DNA of 42,280 nucleotides from Myxococcota bacterium (lineage in GTDB: Bacteria; Myxococcota; Myxococcia; Myxococcales; Myxococcaceae). The stretch spans positions 1 through 42,280 of the forward strand of contig JBMORE010000005.1 in NCBI GenBank assembly GCA_049322255.1. Reading direction: 5' to 3'. Made by a program: the position numbers and the translations under genes. Below are positions 26,638 through 35,647 of the stretch, one piece after another. The notes under the pieces are model-generated. The model was not told the DNA's origin. It worked only from the letters and a program-made list of their open reading frames with translations, and searched no databases. Position 1 is the first letter of the stretch. The number at the start of each line of letters is the position of its first letter.

Positions 26638-27486
26638 ATGAGCGACAGCCGCGACTTCGCCACCACCGAGGCGTTCAAGAAGCCCTTCTTGCCCCTGGGA
26701 GCACGTTGGCCGCTGGTGGCTGTCACCGGGGTCCTGGCGCTGCTCGCAGGCCTCTTCTTCGTTCGCGCCCGCTCCCAGTCCCTCGCCGCACAGGCTCTGC
26801 TCGCCCAGCTGCACGAAGCCGAGGACGCCAGGCGAGCCCTCGACGAGCAGGTCGCCCTGCTGAGCGAGGACAAGAAGAATTTGCTCGCCCACGCCGCGGC
26901 GCTCAACGAAGACCTGGACAAGGCCGAGAGCGAGCTTCAAGCGCTCCAGTCGACCTACGACACCCTCGCCGAACAGATGAAGGCGGAAATCGCCAAGGGC
27001 GACATCCACCTCACCCAGAGCCAGGGGCAAGTGCAGTTGGACTTGAGTGACAAGGTGCTCTTCGACGTCGGCGAAGCCGAGCTCTCCAAGCGCGGGCAGG
27101 AGGTGCTCTTGCGGTTGGCCGCGGGGCTTGCCCGGGTCGACGAAGCTCAGGCGATTCAGGTGGCGGGGCACACCGACGACAGCCCCATCTCCGAGCGGCT
27201 GGCGCCCAAGTACCCCAGCAACTGGGAGCTGTCGGTGGCGCGCGCGGTGAACGTGGTGCGCTTTCTCTCCGACAAGGGACGGGTGCCGCCGGAGCGGATG
27301 GTGGCGGCGGGCTACGGCAAGTTCCACCCGGTGGCCACCAATGCCACCCACGAGGGGCGCGCACGCAACCGCCGCATCGAGGTGCGACTGACCCCCTCGC
27401 TCGAGGGCACGCCGGGCAACCGCTCCCGAGCCAAGGCGCCCAAACCGGCGGTGAAGCCCGTTTCGAAGAAGGGCCGCAAGAAGTGA
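26638..27486 (+). CDS. OmpA/MotB-family peptidoglycan-binding membrane protein with coiled coil
   Basis: N-terminal TM helix, coiled coil, VLFDVG, GHTDD, NWELSVARA, RARNRRIE. Confidence 0.9.
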   Translation: MSDSRDFATTEAFKKPFLPLGARWPLVAVTGVLALLAGLFFVRARSQSLAAQALLAQLHEAEDARRALDEQVALLSEDKKNLLAHAAALNEDLDKAESELQALQSTYDTLAEQMKAEIAKGDIHLTQSQGQVQLDLSDKVLFDVGEAELSKRGQEVLLRLAAGLARVDEAQAIQVAGHTDDSPISERLAPKYPSNWELSVARAVNVVRFLSDKGRVPPERMVAAGYGKFHPVATNATHEGRARNRRIEVRLTPSLEGTPGNRSRAKAPKPAVKPVSKKGRKK

Positions 27487-27501
27487 GCACTTTGCAGGGG
27501 G

Positions 27502-27882
27502 ATGTCGATGAACGACCCATGGGAAAAAAAGCTCTCTGCCGAGCAGTATCGGGTCTTGCGTCTCAAAGGAACCGAACGCGCCTTCAGCGGCGAGTATTGG
27601 AGCACCAAGGACGAGGGGATGTACGTGTGCGCCGGGTGTGGGCAGCCGCTCTACAGCTCACAGACCAAGTTCGACTCGGGCACCGGCTGGCCGAGCTTCT
27701 GGGCGCCGGCGAGTGAGGCAGCGATCAAAACGGAAACCGACGTTTCGCACGGCATGGTGCGCACCGAGGTGCTCTGCAGCCGCTGCGGCGGCCACTTGGG
27801 CCACGTGTTCGACGACGGCCCCAAGCCCACGGGCCTACGGCACTGCATCAATTCGGCGGCGCTGAAGCTGGAAAAGAAGTGA
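27502..27882 (+). CDS. msrB: Peptide-methionine (R)-S-oxide reductase
   Basis: [50 protein letters not shown]. Confidence 0.97.
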   Translation: MSMNDPWEKKLSAEQYRVLRLKGTERAFSGEYWSTKDEGMYVCAGCGQPLYSSQTKFDSGTGWPSFWAPASEAAIKTETDVSHGMVRTEVLCSRCGGHLGHVFDDGPKPTGLRHCINSAALKLEKK

Positions 27883-29321
27883 AGGCCAAACGCATCGGAC
27901 TTTTCGCCGGGCCGATCGCTTTCGCGCTCTTGGCCTTCGTGCCCTCGGGCTTGCACCACCTCCCCGGGCAGGGGCACCGGCCCGCCTACGCCGCCGCGGT
28001 GACGGTGTGGATGGCGGTGTGGTGGTTCACCGAGGCGCTGCCCATCTGGGCGACCGCCTGTCTGCCTCTCTTGCTGTTCCCCGCGTTGGGCGTCTTCGGT
28101 CAGGGCCCGGTCGGCGACGCCCAGCAATCGATCTCGCCGTACGTCGACCCCTACATCTTCCTCTTCATGGGCGGCATGTGCATCGGGGCGGCGATGGAGC
28201 ACTGGAGCCTGCACCGCCGGGTGGCGTTGAACATCATGCGCGTCATCGGCACCGATCCCCGGCGGCTCCTGTGGGGAGTGTTGGTGGCGACCGCCGCGGT
28301 GTCGATGTGGATCTCCAATACCGCCACCGCGGTGATGATGGTGCCCATCGGGATGGCGCTGCTCGCCCAGCTTCAGCGCGAGGGAGGCAAGCCTCTGTCG
28401 GGCTTCGGGGCGGCGATCATGCTCGCGGTGGCGTACGCGGCGAACGTGGGGGGCATCGCCACCAAGATTGGCACCGGCACCAACTCCATCTTCTCCGGCT
28501 TCGTCTCGGAGAAGCTGCACGTCGACCTCTCCTTCCTCCAATACCTCTGGATAGGGCTGCCCTTCGTGGCGCTTTTCTTGCCCGTGGTGTGGTGGACGTT
28601 GTGGCGGCTGGGGCGGCACGACGCCCCCCAAAGCGAGCAGGGCCGCGAGGTGCTGGCGCGCGAGCTGTCGCAGCTGGGCCCGATGTCCTCGCAGGAGCGG
28701 GTGGTGGCGGTGGTGTTCGCTTTGGCCGCGCTCTTGTGGGTGGTGGGAAGCCCGCTGCACGCGCTCCTCGCCCCGCATCTGACCGGCCTGTGGGAGGGCT
28801 TCAAGTTCCAGGGCAAGCACTATGAAGCCTCGGTGGCGATGCTCGCCGCGGCCGCTCTGGCTGGAGCGAGGGTGCTGCCGCTCACCGCGCTGCGGCGGGT
28901 GCCGTGGGGGACGCTGGTCTTGCTCGGCGGCAGCTTCGCCATGGCAGAAGGCATTTCCGGGAGCGGCCTGTCGGCGTGGCTCACGGTGAAGCTGGCACCG
29001 ATGGCCGAGCTGCCGCTGCTCGGTCAGCTGCTCGTGGCCAGCACGGCGACGGTGGCGCTCTCGGCGGTCGCTTCGAACACCGCCACTGTGAACCTGATGC
29101 TGAACATCCTGCCCGGCTCCCTCACCGTGCTTGCCACCACCGCGCTCGCCGCCTCTTGCGACTTCGCGCTCCCCGCCGGCACTCCGCCCAACGCCATCGT
29201 CTTCGGCAGCGGCTACGTGCGCCTGCCGGTGATGATGCGGGTGGGCGTAACGCTCGACCTGCTCGCGGCGGTGATGCTGGCGCTCTACGGGTTTTTCTAC
29301 GTACGCTTCGTGTTGGGCTGA
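27879..29321 (+). CDS. SLC13/DASS family sodium-coupled anion symporter
   Basis: [50 protein letters not shown] overlap with msrB. Confidence 0.93.
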   Translation: MKAKRIGLFAGPIAFALLAFVPSGLHHLPGQGHRPAYAAAVTVWMAVWWFTEALPIWATACLPLLLFPALGVFGQGPVGDAQQSISPYVDPYIFLFMGGMCIGAAMEHWSLHRRVALNIMRVIGTDPRRLLWGVLVATAAVSMWISNTATAVMMVPIGMALLAQLQREGGKPLSGFGAAIMLAVAYAANVGGIATKIGTGTNSIFSGFVSEKLHVDLSFLQYLWIGLPFVALFLPVVWWTLWRLGRHDAPQSEQGREVLARELSQLGPMSSQERVVAVVFALAALLWVVGSPLHALLAPHLTGLWEGFKFQGKHYEASVAMLAAAALAGARVLPLTALRRVPWGTLVLLGGSFAMAEGISGSGLSAWLTVKLAPMAELPLLGQLLVASTATVALSAVASNTATVNLMLNILPGSLTVLATTALAASCDFALPAGTPPNAIVFGSGYVRLPVMMRVGVTLDLLAAVMLALYGFFYVRFVLG

Positions 29322-29338
29322 AGCCACGGGAGGACGGA

Positions 29339-31153
29339 GTGAGCCGGTGGGGGCTTATCGTCACGGCAGCGCTGCTGTGGGTGGGTTGCGAGGATTTTCG
29401 CAAGCTCGAGAACGACTACTGCGTCAACACGGCAAGCTCGTCGGAGACTTGCCGGCCCAAGACGGGAGATGAGGACGCCGGCGCTCAACCCGATGCCGGA
29501 GAAAACCCTACTCCCGAGAAAATCTGCACGCCCGGAGCCCAGCGATGCACCGACCAGGGCCAGCTGTCGGAATGTGTCGACGGAAGCGGTTGGAGCACCT
29601 CTGCTTGCCCCGACGACGGCAATCCCTGCACCATCGATGCGTGTCCTGCCGGCGGCAGTAATTGCACGCGCCCTGCGGTTACAGACGGAACACGTTGCTC
29701 CACCGCGACCCTTCCCTCGGGCGTGTGCGTGTCGGGCACGTGTCACTGTGGGGCACCTGGCGANNNNNNNNNNNNNNNNNNNNNNNNNNNNNNNNNNNNN
29801 NNNNNNNNNNNNNNNNNNNNNNNNNNNNNNNNNNNNNNNNNNNNNNNNNNNNNNNNNNNNNNNCCTGGCGAACCATGCTGCAGCGGTGCCACGTGTCAAA
29901 TCGGAGCGAACTGCGCTGGAGGCTCCTGTGTGACTTGTGGGAACCGGAACGAAGCCTGCTGCCAAACGGGCGCCTCGTGCATGACCCACTTGGCCTGCGC
30001 TGGCGGCACCTGCCAGTGCGGAGAAGTAGGCCAGCCGTGCTGTGGTGGGAACACCTGCTCCAGCACCCTCGTTTGCTTGGGCCCTGTCTGCTCGTGCGTC
30101 GCTCAGGTATCCGCCGGTGGCACTCAAACGTGCGCACGCAAAACCGACGGAACCGTCTGGTGTTGGGGGGCCAACGGGTACGGCCAGCTCGGCGACGGGT
30201 CCACCGCGGCCCGTCCGACACCAGGGCCGGTGACCAACCTATCGGGCGCGGTGCAAGTCTCCGCGGGCTCCTACCACACCTGCGCCGTCAGAACCGGTGG
30301 CAGCCTCTGGTGCTGGGGAAACAACGAAGAGGGCCAGCTGGGCGATGGCTCCCTCGTCAGCCGCTCGGCGCCGGTGCAAACCGCCGTGCTGTCGAACGTG
30401 GTCGAAGTCTCCGCCAGCCGCTCCTCCCACGCCTGCGCCCGAAAGGCCGATGGAACGGTGTGGTGCTGGGGGCGAAATGGCTCCGGCCAGTTGGGAGACG
30501 GCACCACCACCCCACGTCCAACACCGGTGCAGGTGCAGAACCTATTCACCGTGGTGGATGTCTCCGCTGGCGACCTTCACACCTGTGCCCTCAAGATTGA
30601 TGGCACCGTCTGGTGCTGGGGCCGCAACCCCAGCGGCCAGCTCGGCGACGGCTCCGGGGTTGATTCCCCGACGCCCGTCCGAGTGGTCAACCTGTCCAAC
30701 GTCTTCGAGATTTCAGCGAGCGTTTCGCATACCTGTGCGCGCAAGGCAGACGGAACCATCTGGTGCTGGGGAGCGAACAGCAGAGGTGAGCTGGGCGATG
30801 GCTCGACCACCGACCGCCCGACGCCGGTGCAGGTTGCCAACCTCGCCGGTGCCGCGGAGGTCGCTTGCGGTGGCGTTCACACCTGCGCACGCAAGACCGA
30901 CGGGACGGTCTGGTGTTGGGGAGGCAACGGCAATGGCCAGCTGGGCGATGGCTCCACCACCGGCCGGCTGCTGCCGGTGCAGGTGGTGGGCCTTTTCGGA
31001 GCTGACCACCTCACCGTCGGTTACCTCCACGGCTGTGCGCGCAAGACCGACGGAACCCTCTGGTGCTGGGGGGAAAACGGAGGAGGAACCCTCGGTGATG
31101 GCTCCACCATCCGGAAGACGACTCCCGTACGCGCGCTGCTTTCGTGTCCCTAG
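29339..31153 (+). CDS. Lipoprotein with Cys-rich repeats and a 7-repeat RCC1/BLIP-II-like beta-propeller (spans assembly gap)
   Basis: GGAG-rich RBS, GTG 29339, lipobox LWVGC; DDGNPCTIDAC and CGxxxxxCC repeats; seven TCARKxDGTVWCWGxNxxGQLGDG-type repeats. Confidence 0.88.
   Translation: MSRWGLIVTAALLWVGCEDFRKLENDYCVNTASSSETCRPKTGDEDAGAQPDAGENPTPEKICTPGAQRCTDQGQLSECVDGSGWSTSACPDDGNPCTIDACPAGGSNCTRPAVTDGTRCSTATLPSGVCVSGTCHCGAPGXXXXXXXXXXXXXXXXXXXXXXXXXXXXXXXXXXPGEPCCSGATCQIGANCAGGSCVTCGNRNEACCQTGASCMTHLACAGGTCQCGEVGQPCCGGNTCSSTLVCLGPVCSCVAQVSAGGTQTCARKTDGTVWCWGANGYGQLGDGSTAARPTPGPVTNLSGAVQVSAGSYHTCAVRTGGSLWCWGNNEEGQLGDGSLVSRSAPVQTAVLSNVVEVSASRSSHACARKADGTVWCWGRNGSGQLGDGTTTPRPTPVQVQNLFTVVDVSAGDLHTCALKIDGTVWCWGRNPSGQLGDGSGVDSPTPVRVVNLSNVFEISASVSHTCARKADGTIWCWGANSRGELGDGSTTDRPTPVQVANLAGAAEVACGGVHTCARKTDGTVWCWGGNGNGQLGDGSTTGRLLPVQVVGLFGADHLTVGYLHGCARKTDGTLWCWGENGGGTLGDGSTIRKTTPVRALLSCP
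29764..29863. other. Assembly gap (100 N)
   Basis: Run of exactly 100 N flanked on both sides by cctggcga. Confidence 1.
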
Positions 31154-32229
31154 GTTGCGAGGGGACTCATCGCCACCGGAATACGCCGTCTGCCGAAGTG
31201 CCCGGGCGCGAGGTCGAAGCGGCCGGCCAACTGCACTCCGCATTCCGCGCACTTTCCCTCGACGGTCAGCCGGTACTCGAGCAGCTCGTACCAGTCGCGG
31301 CGAATGAGCACCGCCCCACATGAAGCGCATGAGGTGGCGTCGCCTTCGTCGTCATGCACGTTTCCCGTGTAGACGTGGCGTAGGCCGATGCGAAGCGCCT
31401 GCGCGCGCGCCCGGCGCAGCGTCGCGGCGGGAGTCGGCGGCACCTCGCGCATCTTGAAGTCGGGGTGAAAGGCAGTGAAGTGCAGCGGGACTTGGGGGCC
31501 CAGGTGCGTAAGCACCCACTCGGAGAGCTTGGCGACCTCGGCTTCGGAGTCGTTGTGCCCGGGAATCAAAAGGGTGGTGAGCTCGAGCCACACCCGAGTT
31601 TCGTGGGCGAGGTACTCGAGCGTCTCCAGCACCGGCGCCAAGTGCGCGAAGGTGACGCGGTGGTAGAAGTCTTCGGTGAAGGCTTTGAGGTCGACGTTGG
31701 CCGCGTCCATCTTCGCGTAGAAATCGCGCCGCGCCGCCTCGCGCATGTAGCCGGCGGTGACCGCCACTGCCTTCACCCCTCGCGCCCGGCAGGCGTCGGC
31801 CACGTCCATCGCGTACTCGGCGAAGATGACCGGGTCGTTGTAGGTGAACGCCACGCTCTTGCAGCCAAGCTCCACCGCCCGCGCAGCAATCTCCTCTGGG
31901 CCGGCCTGGTCGGACAGCTCGTCCCACTCGCGGGCCTTGGAGATGTCCCAGTTCTGGCAGAAGCGGCAGCCCAGGTTGCAACCGGCGGTGCCGAAGGAGA
32001 GCACGCTCGAGCCAGGAAAGAAGTGGTGGAGGGGCTTTTTCTCGATGGGGTCGACGCAAAAACCGCTCGAGCGCCCGTAGGTGGTGAGCACCATCTGGTC
32101 GCCTTCGCGCGCACGCACGAAGCAAAAGCCCCGCTGGCCCTCGTGCAGCTTGCAGTCACGGGGGCACAGGTCGCACTGAACGCGCCCGTCCTCGAGCAGG
32201 TGCCACCAACGGCCGGGGTAGCTCTTCAC
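31150..32229 (-). CDS. amrS: AmmeMemoRadiSam system radical SAM enzyme
   Basis: VQCDLCPRDC..CFVR, DPIEKKPL, CNLGCRFCQN (CxxxCxxC), FTYNDP, FHPDFKM, YTGNV, C-terminal CxxC pairs; GTGA overlap with the upstream gene. Confidence 0.95.
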   Translation of the reverse strand: MKSYPGRWWHLLEDGRVQCDLCPRDCKLHEGQRGFCFVRAREGDQMVLTTYGRSSGFCVDPIEKKPLHHFFPGSSVLSFGTAGCNLGCRFCQNWDISKAREWDELSDQAGPEEIAARAVELGCKSVAFTYNDPVIFAEYAMDVADACRARGVKAVAVTAGYMREAARRDFYAKMDAANVDLKAFTEDFYHRVTFAHLAPVLETLEYLAHETRVWLELTTLLIPGHNDSEAEVAKLSEWVLTHLGPQVPLHFTAFHPDFKMREVPPTPAATLRRARAQALRIGLRHVYTGNVHDDEGDATSCASCGAVLIRRDWYELLEYRLTVEGKCAECGVQLAGRFDLAPGHFGRRRIPVAMSPLAT

Positions 32230-33590
32230 TGGTTTTGACGTTCCTCCTCGTACTCCTGGGCGGTGAAACGGAAAAGCCGCGTGCCCGACGCCCACTCGTG
32301 CGCCGGCAAGCCCGCCTTCTGTCGGAGCATGGCCAAGAACTGTGCCGGTCTGGGCAACCGCTCCCACATCTTGGGAATGAACACGCCGCGCCGGCCGCCC
32401 CACTCCAAAACCACCCCGTCTTGCCCGGGGCGCAGGCGGGCGATGGCTTCCTCTTCGGTCTGCGCCTCGAGCCGCTGAAGAGGCGTGAGCACGCACAGCT
32501 CGATGCGGGTGGAGGAAAGCTCGGCGGCGGTCAGAGGAGAAAAGCGCGGATCCTCGAAGGCCGCACCGCGCGCGTTGTGCACCACCTCCTCGGCGAGCGG
32601 GCGATGGGCCTCGATGCTCCCGATGCAGCCGCGCAGCTGGCCTTCGCAGGTCAAAGTGACGAAACAGGAGCGGTGCTCTTGCAGCCAGGCCTCCCTGGGC
32701 ACGACAAGCTCGGGGCCTCCGAACGTCTCGACAAGCGCACCGCGGGCCAACGAAAGGAGCGTCTTGCCCACCACGAGGGCGTTCTTTTCTGACTCGAAGA
32801 AGGCGAACGCCCCGTAACCCACCACGCGATCGCGGTCACCCTCGGTGTCGCCGGAGCTGCGCAGGTCGAGCCGCTCCACCGTCAGCCGCCGGCGCCGTGC
32901 GGTGACCAATAGCCCGTTCACCCCGCGCGCACCGCACGCATCCTCCCCTTGAAGCGGCGCGAGGGAGAGCCCCTCGATGCAGGCGGCGGTGGCAAGGTCT
33001 ACGGCTTGGGCTGCCTCGTACGGCAAATAGTGCGACAAATCGGAGCTGAGCAGCACGAGTGTCTCCTCGCCGCCCCAAAGCGCCTCGAGCACCGCCGCCA
33101 CCTCCTCGGCCGACGCGCGCCCCACCACCAGCGGCACCAACGAAAAGCGGGGCAAGAGCCGCTGCAAGAAGGGCAGCTGCACCTCGAGCGAATGCTCTTT
33201 GGCGTGGGCGGCGGGAAGGGTGACCACTCCCGGCAGGCGGGCGGCGGCTTCGGTTTCGATGGGTACCTCGCCGAGCGGCGTCGCCCACGTCGATGTGCCC
33301 GGGAGCGCCAGGCCGTCGAAAGGCACGAAGTGCGAGGGCCCCAAGAGCACCACTCGGCGAATCCTTCCGGCGACGTTTCGCAGACGCGCGTAGGCGCTGG
33401 CGGCGATGGGGCCGGAATAGATGTAGCCGGCGTGAGGAACGATGAGCGCCTTGGGCGCATCCGAGCCGGTCACCAGGCGGGCAGCGCTCAAGAGCCGGTC
33501 GACCAGCGTGGCGAGGGCGGACGGCTCCTTTGGATAGAAGGAACCTGCCACCGCGGGCGGACGAACCTCGGATGTGGAAGAGTGAGACAC
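32226..33590 (-). CDS. amrB: AmmeMemoRadiSam protein B (Memo) fused to protein A (AMMECR1)
   Basis: RPPAVAGSFYP, PHAGYIYSG, GPSH, EHSLEVQLPFLQ, SSDLSHY, VVGY; then FVTL..LRGCIG, AFEDPRF, LRQKAG. Start GTG 33590 inferred. Confidence 0.93.
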   Translation of the reverse strand: MSHSSTSEVRPPAVAGSFYPKEPSALATLVDRLLSAARLVTGSDAPKALIVPHAGYIYSGPIAASAYARLRNVAGRIRRVVLLGPSHFVPFDGLALPGTSTWATPLGEVPIETEAAARLPGVVTLPAAHAKEHSLEVQLPFLQRLLPRFSLVPLVVGRASAEEVAAVLEALWGGEETLVLLSSDLSHYLPYEAAQAVDLATAACIEGLSLAPLQGEDACGARGVNGLLVTARRRRLTVERLDLRSSGDTEGDRDRVVGYGAFAFFESEKNALVVGKTLLSLARGALVETFGGPELVVPREAWLQEHRSCFVTLTCEGQLRGCIGSIEAHRPLAEEVVHNARGAAFEDPRFSPLTAAELSSTRIELCVLTPLQRLEAQTEEEAIARLRPGQDGVVLEWGGRRGVFIPKMWERLPRPAQFLAMLRQKAGLPAHEWASGTRLFRFTAQEYEEERQNQ

Positions 33591-33607
33591 GCTCCAACCC
33601 TTTCTGC

Positions 33608-34069
33608 ATGAGAACAACGCCCGCCGTCCTGGCATTCTGCCTTGCCTTTGCCGCCACCGCTGCTGAGCCGAAGGCGCGCCCTTCGCCTTCTTTCCCGCTC
33701 CCGGCACTCGACGGCAAGGTGCTTTCCGCTGCGGAAGGACAGAAACAGTTCCGGGTGCCCTGGGGATTCGCCCGCGTCGAGCGCTTCTACCGGGAGCACT
33801 TCATCCACGCCCCGGACGTTACCCTCTCTCTCACAGGTCCCTCGGGGGCGCGCACCCTCACTTTGGTCAATCGCAAGAAGGGCGACGCGTGGGTTCGGGC
33901 CGTGGTGCGCGAGGGAGAAATCGACACCCGCATCGAGGTCACCGCCGTCTTGCGGCTGGCCGAAGAGCGCGTCGAGGGGCGCGGAGTCCCCTTGGTGGAG
34001 CTCGTCATTCCCCGGGCGCCCGAGGCAGCCAAGGCCGCCGCCGAGCTCGACCACACCTCTCGCGATTGA
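33608..34069 (+). CDS. Hypothetical secreted protein
   Basis: Signal peptide MRTTPAVLAFCLAFAATA; 153 aa; no recognised domain. Confidence 0.7.
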   Translation: MRTTPAVLAFCLAFAATAAEPKARPSPSFPLPALDGKVLSAAEGQKQFRVPWGFARVERFYREHFIHAPDVTLSLTGPSGARTLTLVNRKKGDAWVRAVVREGEIDTRIEVTAVLRLAEERVEGRGVPLVELVIPRAPEAAKAAAELDHTSRD

Positions 34070-34204
34070 CCCAGAAGGGCTTCTCGAATGGGCAAACAGA
34101 GATGGTTCGGATGGACGGTGGGGAGCGTGTGGCTCCTGGCGGCGGAGTCCTCGCCGCTGGAAGAATCGAGCGGCAGGTCGCCGCCGGGCCGCTAAACCGC
34201 TGCC

Positions 34205-34999
34205 ATGGCCAGGAAAGCGAAGACTCCCAAGTGGCTGCAAGCCGCCCGCGAGGCCGGCAAGGCTGGCGTCGTGAAGGAGAAGCCCGATTGGCTGGCGCGC
34301 GCTCTCTCCCGCGCCGGAGTGATGCCGCTGGCCGACGCCGAGGCTGCCATTGGCGCCGGCCGGGTGCGCGTGGGCGGGAAAACGGTGCGCGAGCCCTTCG
34401 CTCCAGTACGAGACGGCGAGCGGGTGCACGTCGACGGCGGCGAAGTGTCGCTCCAAGCGCCGCTGTGGGTGCTCGCTTTCCACAAGCCTGCGGGCATCGT
34501 CACCTCGGCGGTCGACCCCCAAGGACAAGGCACCGTTTTCGATGCCTTGCACACCGCTCTCTCGCCCGACTTGCGACGTTATGGCTGGCACGCCGTGGGC
34601 CGGCTGGACCGCGACACCACCGGGCTCCTCTTGTTCACCAACGACGAGCGGTTGGTGGCACACGTCACCTCACCCTCCACCCACCTGCCCAAGCGCTACA
34701 TCGCCCGCGTTTCTGGCAAAGCCGACGACGCCAAGCTGGAGCCGCTGCGTCAGGGCCTGGTGCTGGACGATGGCGCCGCTCGCCCCGCCCGCGCCATTCT
34801 GCGCGCCCCCGACGTGGTCGAGCTCACCCTCACCGAAGGCCGCCACCACCAAGTCAAACGCATGCTGGGAAAGGTCGGCCTCCCGGTGCTGGCCCTGCAC
34901 CGAGAGGCCATCGGCGGCGTGGAGCTCGACATTCCCCTGGGCAGCTACCGGCCGCTTCGTGCGGAGGAGATTCGCGAGGGGCTTCGCTTCGTTGCCTGA
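34205..34999 (+). CDS. rRNA pseudouridine synthase, RsuA/RluB family with S4 domain
   Basis: S4 domain (LARALSRAG..GRVRVGG), FHKPAG, VGRLDRDTTGLLLFTND, EGRHHQVKRM. Confidence 0.95.
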   Translation: MARKAKTPKWLQAAREAGKAGVVKEKPDWLARALSRAGVMPLADAEAAIGAGRVRVGGKTVREPFAPVRDGERVHVDGGEVSLQAPLWVLAFHKPAGIVTSAVDPQGQGTVFDALHTALSPDLRRYGWHAVGRLDRDTTGLLLFTNDERLVAHVTSPSTHLPKRYIARVSGKADDAKLEPLRQGLVLDDGAARPARAILRAPDVVELTLTEGRHHQVKRMLGKVGLPVLALHREAIGGVELDIPLGSYRPLRAEEIREGLRFVA

Positions 35000-35002
35000 G
35001 GT

Positions 35003-35497
35003 TCAGGCGGCCCGCTTCAACGCGACCAGCGCGCGGAAGGGCACCACCTTCCCTGCCAGCTCCGGCCCGCGCAGCTCCACCGTCACCCTCCGGTGGGCGA
35101 GCAGCATCAGCAAGAGGCCGATACCGGCGAAGGCTCCGGGCGCAAAGGGCGGAGGCGCCACTCCCAGCGCCGCCTCCACGTTCACCCACGTCCACTCCAT
35201 CTCTTCGAGCAGCCGCCACAGCGCCCTTGCGTGGAAGGTGGTGCCCGCCATGCCCACCAAGGTCGCGACCGCCCCCACCGTGCCCACCACTCGCAGGAAG
35301 ACCTTCTCCGTACGCACCGCCAGCCCCACCGCTACCAGCACCACCGCCGCCAAGGGGCCGAACACCACCGGGATGTACTGCGGGGGGACCACTACCTCCC
35401 GCCCCGCGAGGTGGGTCATCGCGACCTCCACCCCGAGCACGGCCAACCCCAGGCCCATCGCCACCGCCAAAACCCGCTTTGCATTCCAGGTGCGCAT
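35003..35497 (-). CDS. Hypothetical 4-TM membrane protein
   Basis: AGGGAGG RBS before ATG 35497; four hydrophobic helices; His at two helix ends; APPPFAPG motif. Confidence 0.78.
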   Translation of the reverse strand: MRTWNAKRVLAVAMGLGLAVLGVEVAMTHLAGREVVVPPQYIPVVFGPLAAVVLVAVGLAVRTEKVFLRVVGTVGAVATLVGMAGTTFHARALWRLLEEMEWTWVNVEAALGVAPPPFAPGAFAGIGLLLMLLAHRRVTVELRGPELAGKVVPFRALVALKRAA

Positions 35498-35578
35498 CGC
35501 TGCCTCCCTTCGAGCCAGCGAAGGAGCAGCAGACGTGCCAAGAAATTCGTGAGTGGTTTCCGCCCTTGGTGTGAGCGG

Positions 35579-35595
35579 CGTCAACATCGTTGACG
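35579..35595. promoter_or_regulatory. Perfect 7-3-7 palindrome, candidate transcription factor site
   Basis: CGTCAAC-ATC-GTTGACG about 80 bp upstream of the 4-TM gene. Confidence 0.4.
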
Positions 35596-35612
35596 GTGGG
35601 TGTAACGCTCGC

Positions 35613-35645
35613 CCCTCACCCCGACCCTCTCCCAGGGGGAGAGGG
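35613..35645. repeat. BoxC/REP-like intergenic palindromic repeat, copy 2
   Basis: CCCTCACCCCGA-CCCTCTCCC-AGG-GGGAGAGGG, immediately downstream of the 695-aa gene stop; inverted relative to copy 1. Confidence 0.8.
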
Positions 35646-35647
35646 GG

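Noticed and set aside
30100..31130. Regular ~150-bp nucleotide repeats resembling an array
   Set aside because: They are the coding RCC1 repeats, degenerate at third positions; not CRISPR, and no reverse transcriptase or template repeat suggests a DGR.
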